From Parasitella parasitica NRRL 2501 (taxonomy: Eukaryota; Fungi; Mucoromycota): a stretch of 60,754 nt of DNA. The position numbers were made by a program, and so were the translations under genes. The stretch covers positions 6,926 to 67,679 of the forward strand of contig MU619340.1 in NCBI GenBank assembly GCA_025201805.1, read 5' to 3'. Positions 27,271-38,880 of the stretch are shown piece by piece; positions within the stretch are counted from its first letter, which is position 1; every line of letters begins with the position of its first letter. The notes under the pieces were generated by a model. It saw only the letters and a list, made by a program, of their open reading frames with translations. It had not been told where the DNA came from and did not search any database.

Positions 27271-27634
27271 TCATTATTGCAGCGAATGTGATGAGAAAGA
27301 CAAGATAAAAGATTCTTAGTTTGACTTTTGCTTGTTTATTAAATATGCAATTTGGTATAGTCAAATGCGCAGACTGGTAGAGTCAATAAGCGCAGATTAG
27401 TTTCTATCAAAAGCGTCAATTGAGAAGTTTAAAGCGCCAAATGGCACTGGAGGCACTGTATTTAAAGCTTCTGAATGAAACGAGGAGGGGGAGGGGTGTT
27501 CATAAGTGATGGATGATGTATATTAAAAAGTCCCACTCGATGTGAACTATTGTTTGCTTACACCCCTTTTTTTCCTCTTTACCTCACAAATATGAACGTA
27601 AATCTCTAACTAATTGTTGAATATATATATAAAC

Positions 27635-28410
27635 ATGAATACAGGATACAACACAAATGCTTCTTCGTCATCTTCAACCTTATTCCCACCATTAAACGAT
27701 GCCAACAGCTCTCCTGCTTTGGAAGCGATCAGCGAAGGGGGTTTACTTTGGCAGAATGTAAACACATTTGCTATACCTGATGACAATACAGACAAATCCG
27801 ACACATCTTCAACACCTTCACCGTTTTCCTCGTTCAGATTCAATGCACAGACTGCTACGGTGGCAACAGGAGCTGCTAAGACGGGGGTAGAATGCAGTAA
27901 AGAAGACTCGACTGCTTTCAACATATCTTGGGGAGGCGATGATAAACCGCCTACTGAAGTCCACCCAGAAATGAAAGAAGAAGAAGAGCCTAAACCCTCA
28001 AGACCGCTGCCAAAACCCAGAGGTATTAGGAGATTACCAGAACCAGAGCCTTCAGCTGACGGTACAATCGATGAAGATACGTTAAAACGTCGAAAGGTAG
28101 TAAAAATAGAATCTTTACAAACAACGCATCAGGTGATTTATTACGTTTACGATATAAATATATACAGAACACAGATGCAGCGAGAAGATCAAGAATGAAG
28201 AAATTTATGAAGGTGGATCAACTCGAGACCAAAGTAAACACTCTGCAGGCAGAGAATGCAAAGTTGACCTTGAGCAACGCTGTGCTGGAATCAGAGAAAA
28301 GAAGCTTACATGCAAAGGAAAACGAATATAAAAAACGGATCAAATACCTGGAAGACATTATGACATGCCATGGATGGGACTTTGGCAGTAGTAATCATGA
28401 CCAATGGTAG
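27635..28410 (+). CDS. Gcn4/CpcA-type bZIP transcription factor
   Basis: Two exons joined at KRRK|NTDAARRSRMKKFMKVDQLETKVNTLQAENAKL; basic region matches the Gcn4 NTxAARRSR pattern. Start codon uncertain. Confidence 0.85.
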
Positions 28411-29124
28411 AAATAAAGCTGTGTGGTTGAGCGCACGAATGGATACGTGATATGCTGAAGACAAGCCTCATCGTCAATCAAATCAGGTTCATCGCTAGAT
28501 GTCTATAACCCTGAATTGATCTTGAATCGGAAAAATTGCACAACTGGGAGCATTATTTTGCAGTCATTTGGTGCTATTTAAATAGACTGAAACCGCTCTT
28601 GAACAATCCCCAGAGACGGGCACTGATATGTTTCTATGGAGTCGTATGGTGGCACACATGGAAATTAAAAGGGAGTGAATAAACTTGAATGTTTGTGCGT
28701 GGTTAAATTACATTGCTTTATTAAACTTAATTTAATCAAATGGAATGCTATTTGAGGAATTGGCAAGAAAGTCTGTAGGGTTAAGGTTATAATTAGGGCT
28801 TAAATTCAAACGAAAGGGCATTTCGTTGTACCTAACATGCATTCATTTCATACATTTACAAAAGGGTGATTAAATAATCCAGAAAAAACTTGAATCTCAG
28901 TGAGATATCAAATATCAGTATCATTCTTGATGACCCTCTCTCAGAAGTATGATTTTGACCAAACTAAAAATAAATCCATAGTTATACACAATAACTTTAA
29001 AAAAAAAATCTCTTTTATTTCCCTCTTCTTTCTTTCTTTTCTTACAATCTTTCAGTTTTTGAGATTACCTTTATAAAAAAAACCCCCTATTCACTTTTCT
29101 CAATTGTATAATTCTTGTCGATAA

Positions 29125-29595
29125 ATGTCTACTGACGAAGTAACGGTAAGCCTCTCTCGCTTAGCTTTAGCCAAAGCGATTAAAACCCCGGATGCTGGAG
29201 AAGATGAAGCCGAACCATGGACAAAGAGCATCATTTTCCATCAACCTCATATCGATGCTCATATGAGAAGCTCAATTCTAAATCCTCAGTTGCAACAACA
29301 TCACAGACGAAAGAACGGGCGTCCTGGCAACCATAAGCAACCCCTTTCAAAGCAACTTAAATACCCACAGCAACGTCAGCAGCATCAGAAATATCCCCAT
29401 CATCCAGCAAGACAAGCTGCTCCTACGAACCGAGCTCAATCAGATGAAATGAGACAGCCAACTCCATCTCCACCCACTCAGCAGCAAAATAGAGCTTTGT
29501 ATTTTCCACCGCAACCACAATTGCAACAAAGAGCTTCATCTCAAAGTACAAGCAGCAGCAGTGCTGATAAATCGTCTTTGTCATCTGGCAAACCT

Positions 29596-29686
<91 letters not shown>

Positions 29687-31230
29687 AGATAATGACAACA
29701 AAATGCTGACTTGATCACATTCTTCATATAGCTGCTCATAGCAAATCCAGCCGTAAACCTGTACCCAGTGACGATGAAGACGATGAGGACGATGAAGACG
29801 ATGAAGAAGACGATGAAGACGAGGAAACCGATCAGGACAAAGACAAGGAACAAGCTGAAACAAGGAATCATAAGAAATATGCACCTAAATCTACCATCAT
29901 GACTCCAGTTCCTCTTCCTTCTGCCACTAGCACCTTTGTAAATGCTAGCAAAAAAGGAAAGTCTGCTAGTCGTTTTCCACAACCTAGTGACGATGAGGAA
30001 TCTGATCAAGAGGACGACGACGTCTTGGACGATTCAGACGATGAAGGTAATGTAAACACGTGGATGTCTAAATAAATGCTCTCCGGATGAGGACTAAAAA
30101 AAGGCAAATTACTTGATTTAGACAAGAAACAAGAAGAAGGTGAGGAACAAACGTACGCTCGCAGAATGTCTACTCTGAGACGGCTCGAAAGAGGCCCCAG
30201 TCTTCACAAAAGAACTAGATCGACGGGAGACATGATGATGCTGCCTCCAGCGGAAGCTTTTATTGCGCCAACCACAGCCACAGCCGCAGTGGCTACTAAC
30301 GCAGAAGGTTCTATTGAACAATGGAGAATGACGGTACTGGAAGCAGACGGCATTAGCACTCCCACATCAAATGAGTCGATCAAATCCCGTGGCATAGACA
30401 ATGTATCTGGAGGAGAAGAAGGGGATATGGTAGAAGAGCCCATCGTTCGTTCAGGTGCTTCTTCTTATGCTAATATACATCCTTCTCCTCCTCCCCGCCA
30501 ACAAACCCCAATGCCTGATAATCGTAATCGCAGATCCACAATTGGTGAAATGGACATGTTTTATTATCAACAACAGCAGCAGCAGCACATGTACAATATG
30601 CAGTTGCAGCATGCCATGCAAATGCAACAAGCACAGCAAATGGCTCAGATTCAACAATACCAAGCGATACAAATGCAGCAGCAACACCAGGCCCAACAAT
30701 ATAGAAAAGCCAACAATCGCAAAAGTGTATCTGCAATGGATTTGATGTTGCAAATGGAGCGGGAAAAAGCTGCTTCTCGAAACACAAACAAGAAGAAAAT
30801 GCCTGACCCATCCAAAGCTACGCTGGCAGATGGCTTATTAGGCCGGGTGCCAGAACCAGGTCAGCATATTATGAACTTTCAGCATCATCTCATGAAGCAG
30901 CAGATGGCCAGAGCAAGCAAAAGCGACTATCAAATTCGACAGGATGCAGCGGGATCTGGCAGACCACCTAGCTCAATGATGATGAGCAATACAAATAATA
31001 GACGATCGCAAATGATTAGAAGCGAGAGTTCGCCTATACCTACTTTAAGTATGTCTACCCCTATAAACCAAGCTTATTTAATACCAAACAGCCAACAACA
31101 GCAACTGTTAATGCCATCAAATATGCAAGCGATGTCTATGATGCACTCTAATAGATCCTCACAATATCTGAACAGCAACAACAACGGCAAAAGACAGAGC
31201 ACATATTCAAGCTATTATAATCAATTTTAA
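29125..31230 (+). CDS. Uncharacterised low-complexity protein (acidic and Gln/Met-rich)
   Basis: Exons 29125-29596, 29732-30046, 30122-31230 join in frame via GT-AG introns; the long poly-A lies in intron 1. Confidence 0.75.
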
Positions 31231-31342
31231 TATCCGTTCCTGAAATAATAATAATAATAAAAAAAACCCCAATTTTCTGATCTCGTAATATAATAATCGT
31301 TTGCCCCTATTTTTTTCCTTCTTTTCTCACTCTTCCTTGAGT

Positions 31343-33236
31343 ATGACAACGATAGAGCAACACGAGCTTCGATATTTACCATTAAACACACAAGACGATG
31401 GTAAAATCAAGCTAACCACGCCCACTTCAGCATCGAAATGGAAGACAAAAGGTTGGGAATTTTGATTTATATTTGTAAATTTTCAACTGATTTAAATCGC
31501 TCAAAGAGTTCTACTTCTACTACTTTGTCATAATGATGGTGGTTCCTTACATGTTTTATGTCACTTATAGCCTCGGCCAGTGTAAGCTTTTTTTTTTTTA
31601 TTATTTTTTTCATCTGCTAATCTTTATTAACATACAACAGCAAATCACCCAAATTACAACCAGTACAGCAATTTGCTTTCAGACGGCTGGATTTTCAATA
31701 GAAAAGTAGACAATAGCGACATGCAATACGCCCAATTTCGAAACAACCTTCCCTTGCTGTCTATGCTCGCCTGTGTTTATCTTGTATTGAGCCGTATATA
31801 CAGACAATTCAGCACCAAACAGGACCCATTTTACGTGAATCAGTCGTACTTTTACCTGATCAGTGCAAGTATTGTCATTACTGCTCTGCACGGCACAGGC
31901 ATCATCAAGATCTTGCTGATTACAAGCACTAATTTCACCATTGGCCGTATATTTGGTGCAACAAGGTGGAATCCAATCATTACCTGGACGTTTAATTTAG
32001 CAATTCTCTTCTTGAACGAATGTTACCAAGGCTACAAATTCGATGCCATTGGTTTGCCTGTCCTGGTAAATATGATAGGAGATCTAATTGAAGGATTGAT
32101 TCACTGACTGGCTGAAATGCTCCAGGATCAGTATAGTGGATTGCTGCCAAGATGGCATGTGTTTTTCAACTTTAGCATGCTTCGAATGGTATCATTCAAT
32201 ATGGACTATTATTGGCACTTTGGCCATTTAGATGCAGACCACCCTGTTGCAACTTCAGAGCCAACCGAGAAAGAGCGCATACAAACACCTTGCCCACAGG
32301 CTGATTACAACTATTTCTACTACTTGGTGTATATTTTATACACACCACTCTACATCTGTGGCCCCATCATCACATTCAATGACTTTATCTCGCAGATGCG
32401 CACTCCTTGCTCCAAGCTTACTAGAAAATATGTCGTGATGTACGCACTACGACTCGCTGCCGTGGTACTGACAATGGAATTCACACTGCACTATTTATAC
32501 GTAGTGGCCATATCCAAAGCTCAAGCTTGGAGCAATGATACTCCCTTGCAACTCAGCATGATAGGCTACTTTAATCTACTCATTATTTGGATGAAGCTGC
32601 TGATTCCTTGGAGATTTTTCCGCTTGTGGGCATTATCTGATGGAATTTGGCCCGAGGAAAATATGATTCGGTGCATGAGCAACAATTTTTCAGCACAGAG
32701 GTTCTGGAAAAGCTGGCATAGAAGCTTCAATCGCTGGACTATTCGATATATTTACATTCCTCTGGGTGGCTCCAAGTATTTCGCTTTTAGTATGTGGGTA
32801 GTGTTTACCTTTGTAGCCATCTGGCATGATATAGAGCTCAAGCTTTTAGCTTGGGGATGGCTGATTTGCTTGTTTCTTTTACCTGAAATCATTGGGTCTC
32901 GATTGTTTACGCTGAAAAGAGTAAGTGTGGGAGGATTCCAGTGATTTTGATCCAAATGTCATATTAACAGTGTGATAGTTTGGCCATACTTGGTATTACC
33001 GATTCGTGTGTGGATTGGGGGCTGTTTGTAATATCCTTATGATGATGGTGGCCAACTTGGTTGGCTTCTGTCTCGGCTTGGACGGAATGAAAGCCATGAT
33101 AATTCAAATAGTCAGCTCTGCAGATGGCCTAGTTTTCTTGTTCACCGTTATTTTCTGTCTATACGTCGCCGCACAGATCATGTTTGAAATCAGAGAATCT
33201 GAGAAGCGAAGGGGAGATCCCAAATGGACAATGTAG
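31343..33236 (+). CDS. GUP1: MBOAT O-acyltransferase Gup1/HHAT-like
   Basis: Multi-exon membrane protein; motifs DNSDMQY..FR, LRMVSFNMDY, GPIITFNDF, LIPWRFFRLW, FWKSWHRSFNRW, FVAIWHD. Confidence 0.92.
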
Positions 33237-33300
33237 ATACATTTTCATTTTATTTATACATATCACTCAACACACCTTAATAACTGTATATATATACTCG

Positions 33301-34335
33301 CTATTTACTGTCTTTTGTTGATGGACGCACTGTAACGCCCGTGGCATTGACAATAGCCCATTTCACCTTGACCATTTCACTCGCCACATCATCATTACCA
33401 TTAAACTTTTTGCTTCTTTTTTTGCCAGTGACTAATAGTTCAGGATAACAACAAATGGCATTCTCAACAAGATACTTTTCTATAGCAGATTTTGAGGTTG
33501 CAAATGTCTCGTTGGACAATCGATCTCTTTTGGTTAGTATAACTTGATATGATAGTGCCTGCTTATCCAAATGACTCATTAATTGCATGTCTGTGTCTTT
33601 CAAGCCAGCCGCTGGATCGATCAATATGAACAGCCGCTTTAACCTACATCAGAACTAGCTCAGAATCCCCCATCCTAAATTTTCATATACACAGAATGCC
33701 ACTCACTGTTTTCGGTTTGACAGGTAATCCAATATCAAATCGCCCCATTCTTCTTTTGATTTGAAGCCATAGCCTGGCATGTCTACCAATGTGATTTGAT
33801 CGCCCACATTGAAAAAATTCAGTAATCGAGTATGCCCCTAAATTCGAGTTAGTTTTGATGTATCGGTTGGATAAAAGCATACTTACAGGTCGATTTGAGG
33901 TTTTCACAAGTCGACTGTTGTTTGTCAGTGTATTGATTAAGGTCGATTTCTAGAAAAAGAATTGAGAAAATAGATCTTCCAAACTATGAACAATTGCAAC
34001 TTTACACCGACATTACTTCTCCCAACAAAGGCAACCTAATTTTAATAAATTGTCAGAATTCAAAGAAAAAAATGCTGACATGGCTTAAATGCTAGACGCC
34101 ATCTTACCTCAGGTTTAGTTGAATCAGGTGCTTGTTCTGCTTTAGATATGCTTTGGATAAACTTGACAGGCCTTGCGAATAATCGTGTAGCATCAGTAAG
34201 CTGTTCTGAAGAAACAGGAGGCGGCTCGGGGAACGCAACAAGCTTATAACTTCCCTTATCTTTTGCAATTAAATGGTCAGTGGAGCGTTTGAATAGTTGA
34301 ATTGATGAATGAAATGATCGTTTTGCAAGGGCCAT
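33301..34335 (-). CDS. EngB/YihA-family GTPase (GTPBP8/Mrx8-like, probably mitochondrial)
   Basis: Spliced G1 VAFVGRSNVGKSTLIN, G3 LVDMPGYG, G4 LTKRD; N-terminal presequence-like segment. Confidence 0.88.
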
Positions 34336-34779
34336 ATTCGATTAATACAAGTTCAGATTGGAAAGAAAGAACAATTTGTAGTCAGACAACCAACAGCCGT
34401 TTATTATTATAAACTTCTTGCCCTAATTTTTTGTGCATATTTCATTTTACTGCTCGACTACTTGTCTTTTGGATCTTGCTTTTGTTTGGAGCGATATACA
34501 TGTTGCTGTGTTGAATAAATATGATTACTCTAACTGAGCGCATTGGAAGTTTTATTTCGAAAAAATAGACTGGACTCACGTTAATCTGTTGATAAATCCT
34601 AAACGTCAACCACCCAAGACAAACGTTTTTTTTTTTGTAGGCCTAATGATAACTAGATGTATTGTATAACTGTAAAAACTTGTCTGCAAGAAAAAACATA
34701 TTTTTATGATGTTCAACCTGTGTTTTATCTGTGATTTTAATCCCTTACTAGGGTTTACTATGGTGATGGATGTAAATGT

Positions 34780-36268
34780 TCACGAGCAAAGTCCTCCGTT
34801 AAATTCAAAACATTCTAATCCTTGTTTCCAAGTATCAATATGTTGTAGACCCCACTTTCCATCCTCATTGTAAAAGGAAGCCTTCTTGTGCAAGATGGCC
34901 TCAATCATTGTTGCATTCAATGATTCGGTGTGTCTCTCTGGAGACTTTTCCCATTCGTTAGGATGCTCCTGATGGCAAGCAAACGATTCTCCACTATACA
35001 CCAGTTTTTTGTCAAATGTTCCTACTGCTGTCAAGATAAACTCCATGTCCATCCATGCAATCCCACCTGTTTCTCTGTATCCCTTGCAATCTTTCCATGT
35101 ATCTCTGTGAGCCATTGTGAAATCTCCAGACTGATCGCCATAATACCAGTAATTGTCGGCATTGATGCTGGAAATTTGAACAGGAGCTGGTAATGAGTAT
35201 TGTCCCCAATCTTGGTCAGCTAATCGACATGCTTCGTATAGCGTTTTATCGTCAGGGAAAGGATCCAAATTGACAATGCTCGGCGGTAAATTTTCATGGC
35301 TGTATGTTTGAATATACATATATAAACATGAATATTAGTTGCCTTGTGTGATGCAACCTCACGAGGTTCTTACATGTTATGGGCACTCTGATACTGCACA
35401 TAGATAGTGTCTTTTTCAAACACACGGGATTTGACAGCATTAATAAAGTTATGTGACCAGATATCGTCTGTAAGAGTATCGTGTCAGCAGCTTTTTTTTT
35501 TTTTTTTTTAATATATAAATTTGTATTCTAATACCTTGGTTTGTACATAGAACGTATTCGCCACGAGCGTACCGAATACCAACATTTTTACCCTCAAATT
35601 CATGCAACGGTGCATTTCCTTTGTTTGGTAGACTTTTGTGTATTTTTTCAGATACAGTGATGATGCGATAATTCAGATATTTGGATCTACGAAATCTCTA
35701 TCAAAATTGCCCAAAGGCAAATTAGCAAATGCTGGCGGAATCAGATCTATTATTCGCATACAAAAGCGTCCAAGATTCGTCTCTTGTCAGAAGGAGGGTT
35801 CCATTCTATTATCAGTAATTCTATTTGTTGTTCGGAATGCTTTGCTAGCAGATAAGCACTGTCTATGAAGTTTTGAAATCGATGGTGTTGGTTTCTGCGC
35901 AATTACGTCAGATACATAATGAACAAATATGCAGCAACTTTCATTATACAATACCCAGCATAGTCATCCATACGAGTAACAATGACAATGGAGAGATAAT
36001 ATTCGGGAACTGATCCTGTATGAAGGCAATGACTCCATTCTTTTTTTGTCATTTTAACTTGATCTCTAGTGGCTGTATTCTTGATGCACCTGACAGGTGT
36101 CTGTTTTATTAATGAATCTGTCATTAATTCAGAGCCCATCACTGCATTACTGTCAACAGGTAAGGATTGCAGACTGCTGTTCTTATTCGTCACGTAGAAT
36201 AAACACAGTAGCGTGAGTATAACTGAAAATCCTGTTAGCGCTGTAGCTGTTCTTTTCGATATATTCAT
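34780..36268 (-). CDS. Type II membrane GT-A-fold glycosyltransferase-like protein
   Basis: N-terminal TM anchor; LSIVIVTRMDDYAG, HEFEGKNVGIRYARGEYVLCTNQDDIW (DxD-like), SGDFTMAHRDTW...GYRE, HQEH. Confidence 0.65.
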
Positions 36269-36596
36269 GATCTTTCGACAAAATAGAGAGGAAGAAGAGA
36301 AACCATAGCAAAGCCGGCTTTTGGTTCATTAATTTCAATCCAAGTCCTCCCCATGTGCAACCGTACTTTTTTTTTTTTTTTTTTTTTTACAGTACTTTCT
36401 TTGTTGTATATGCGCATACAAATGGGCTTTGATGGTTAGCGAACCACGTTTTGCACGTCTCATATAAAGTTTGGTTCTATCATATTTTTATTTTTGTTTA
36501 AAGATGGCAATGGATATTGATGGTGCAACACTACATTTCGTCCGTCTTTCAAGTATATACATATATACATATATATGTGCAATAGATTTAATCGTA

Positions 36597-37829
36597 CTAA
36601 AAAGAAGATGGCGCAGACTCAGGGGTTAGATTGCACAACTGGTCGTCATGTAGAGCTGCTTCCATGATTTCTGGATTATATACAGTTGACACCTTCTCGT
36701 TCTTGTCCGTTGCCACAAATTTGTCCTTTGATTTCTGCGCAATGATAGGAACACAGCCACCTGGCATGTGTTTGCATGTGCATTTGCCGCCCAAAAAATC
36801 TGGCAAATTCTCAGCGTCTATGTATTCTAATAAAACTGATTGATAGTTGCTTCCGAGAACATGGACTTTGGCAAGCGTCTGACACAAAGAAAATTAACCT
36901 CCGTTAATTTAACCATTATTACAACAAAACACTAACCCTTTGATTCAGCCATGGTTTAATCACTTTGAACATGACCACAAATGCAGAGGGCGCATTGACA
37001 ATAAATAAACGATTCAAAGTTTCTGGATAGTAGTGCTGAACGATTTCTGCGATTGCCTTAAAATGATACATGGCGCTCATGTGGAATTCTGCAACACAAT
37101 ATTAGCACATAGAAAGCTCGGGAAGAGCAATAGTAAACTTACGCCACAAACTCATGTTTGTACAATCAAAGATAATTGTTTCGCTGTGGATTGGCCTCGC
37201 AGCACGCTCGCATCCCTCTGGCATAATAACACGATTCAAAAATTCATTTGCGGCTATTTGATAATTTGTGATTTCAGCAGCGGTGACGTTACTACCCATT
37301 TCTTTGGTGTTATGATATCCCGTGCGATCAATCAAGATGGGGTGTCCATCCTTGTCGAATTTGTGAAAGCAATCGCCACCAATACAATTCACAACACGAA
37401 TTACACTTTCTGACATCTCGGGCTGAACGCTAAAATTGGCATCATCAATGTATTTGTAACCTCTACAAGCTACCAATAAAGGCAATTTGTTGTATTTGGT
37501 GGCGACTGGCAAGCGATCTGTGTTCATTTCTTTACGCCAATTGAAGGTGTCCATTAATTGTTGCTTTGCATTATTCTATAGGGAATACAGATTAGACGAG
37601 TACAGCCTTGTAAAACTACATTAGTATACTTGCGACATCCCAAACATTGGCTTGCAAGAACTGAATCAACTGCTATATGGTTACATGAAATTTCAGTTTT
37701 GTGTCAAGAGCAATTTCAACCAGTCTATCTTACAGCTTCTGGAAATTTGTTGTCAATCGATTGATTGAGTGAATCTTTAAGCTCTTGAAGTACCTGCTGT
37801 TCTTCATCTTTTGTTTTTAGAGATCCCAT
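36597..37829 (-). CDS. Sec14/CRAL-TRIO lipid-transfer protein
   Basis: Multi-exon; [58 protein letters not shown] lies next to an N gap. Confidence 0.9.
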
Positions 37830-37832
37830 GGC

Positions 37833-37842
37833 NNNNNNNNNN
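37833..37842. other. Assembly gap (10 N) beside poly-A; a second one is at 53371-53380
   Basis: N runs in the sequence. Confidence 0.98.
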
Positions 37843-38858
37843 AAAAAAAAAAAAAAAAAAGAAATAATCAAAAGAAATATCAAGTAGAATTATAGGAATT
37901 TTTTGTAATTTAAACCAAAAAACAATGCGGCTGGTAATTTTTGTCCGTTTTGAAAAAATAAATAGGCGCTATCTTGATTGGCCGTTTGTTGGCAAATGAT
38001 TGATCATTTCATGCAGTTGGAACGATATGAGAAGTACGTATATTGTTGTATTTTTATTACTTTAATATTATGCAAATAAAAACGTGGCCTCCGAGAGCAT
38101 TTACTACATTGGGAAACCGGAACGGAGGCAACTGAGATTGTCTCGGGCACGACAGGCAACCAATTGTTCAAGTGTTTTAAATATCTCGTTTCGTCGATAC
38201 ACTTCGTACTTTCTTACATCTTGGAAACGATCCACGAAAACATATTACAGGCGTTTATAATGTCTATGAGAGACTTTTTCAGTGTTAGTGAATGTATTTT
38301 TATCAATAAATAACCTCAGTACAAAGACGTACTTCACCAAAAGTAAGATATCGTCGGGATCGATGGATAAAGCTGCGTAATCAACAATTGCGAGGCAAGC
38401 CTTAGTAGTTGTAAATGATACGTACTTCAATAAAGCTGAATCAAACAAAGTGTTTATAGATCGTGATCATGATATCTCTAAATCCTCCATTCTTTTAAAA
38501 CTTACATTTCTTATATCTGTTTAGTCTTTATCCGCGGTCATATTTCTTGCTGCAATTGGGCTTTTGGAAAAACTCCTTGGTGATACATAAACATCTCTTA
38601 CTTGGGAGCGAGATTGCAAGCACCAGATCATCTTTTCAATAATCTTTTTTTAATTCATCGTCTGATACTTCGTTGGGACTTTTTATCTCTGAACCCAAGT
38701 TTAAACCAACCATTTCATTTTGTTTTCTCTTTTAGTTATGTCTTTTCAAAAATCATAGCATATTCAAGCAAATAATAATACCGTACAACTTCACATTACC
38801 ATTTTATGTTACATCTGTTGAGTTAAGTCAGCATATCCAATTTCAAAGAAAGAATATA

Positions 38859-38880
38859 CAGTCGGTACTCGTTATAACGG
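38859..38880 (+). repeat. Lone pogo/Tc1-like terminal inverted repeat
   Basis: TA|CAGTCGGTACTCGTTATAACG resembles pogo/Tigger-type TIRs; no partner found. Confidence 0.4.

Larger units (their letters stand above)
23943..27458 (-). mobile_element. Degenerate Tc1/mariner (IS630-Tc1) DNA transposon with nuclease-like cargo
   Basis: Inverted repeat 23943-24012 / 27347-27416 with a 40-bp perfect core. Right end ...GGCACTG|TA (CAGTG terminus plus TA). Contains a DDE transposase remnant. The outer tip of the left TIR is not recognisable. Confidence 0.75.

Noticed and set aside
29597-29731. Poly-lysine tail in ORF 29125-29709
   Set aside because: The poly-A lies in a GT-AG intron with a GCTGAC branch site; splicing restores the frame. 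Tract length may also be inflated by assembly.
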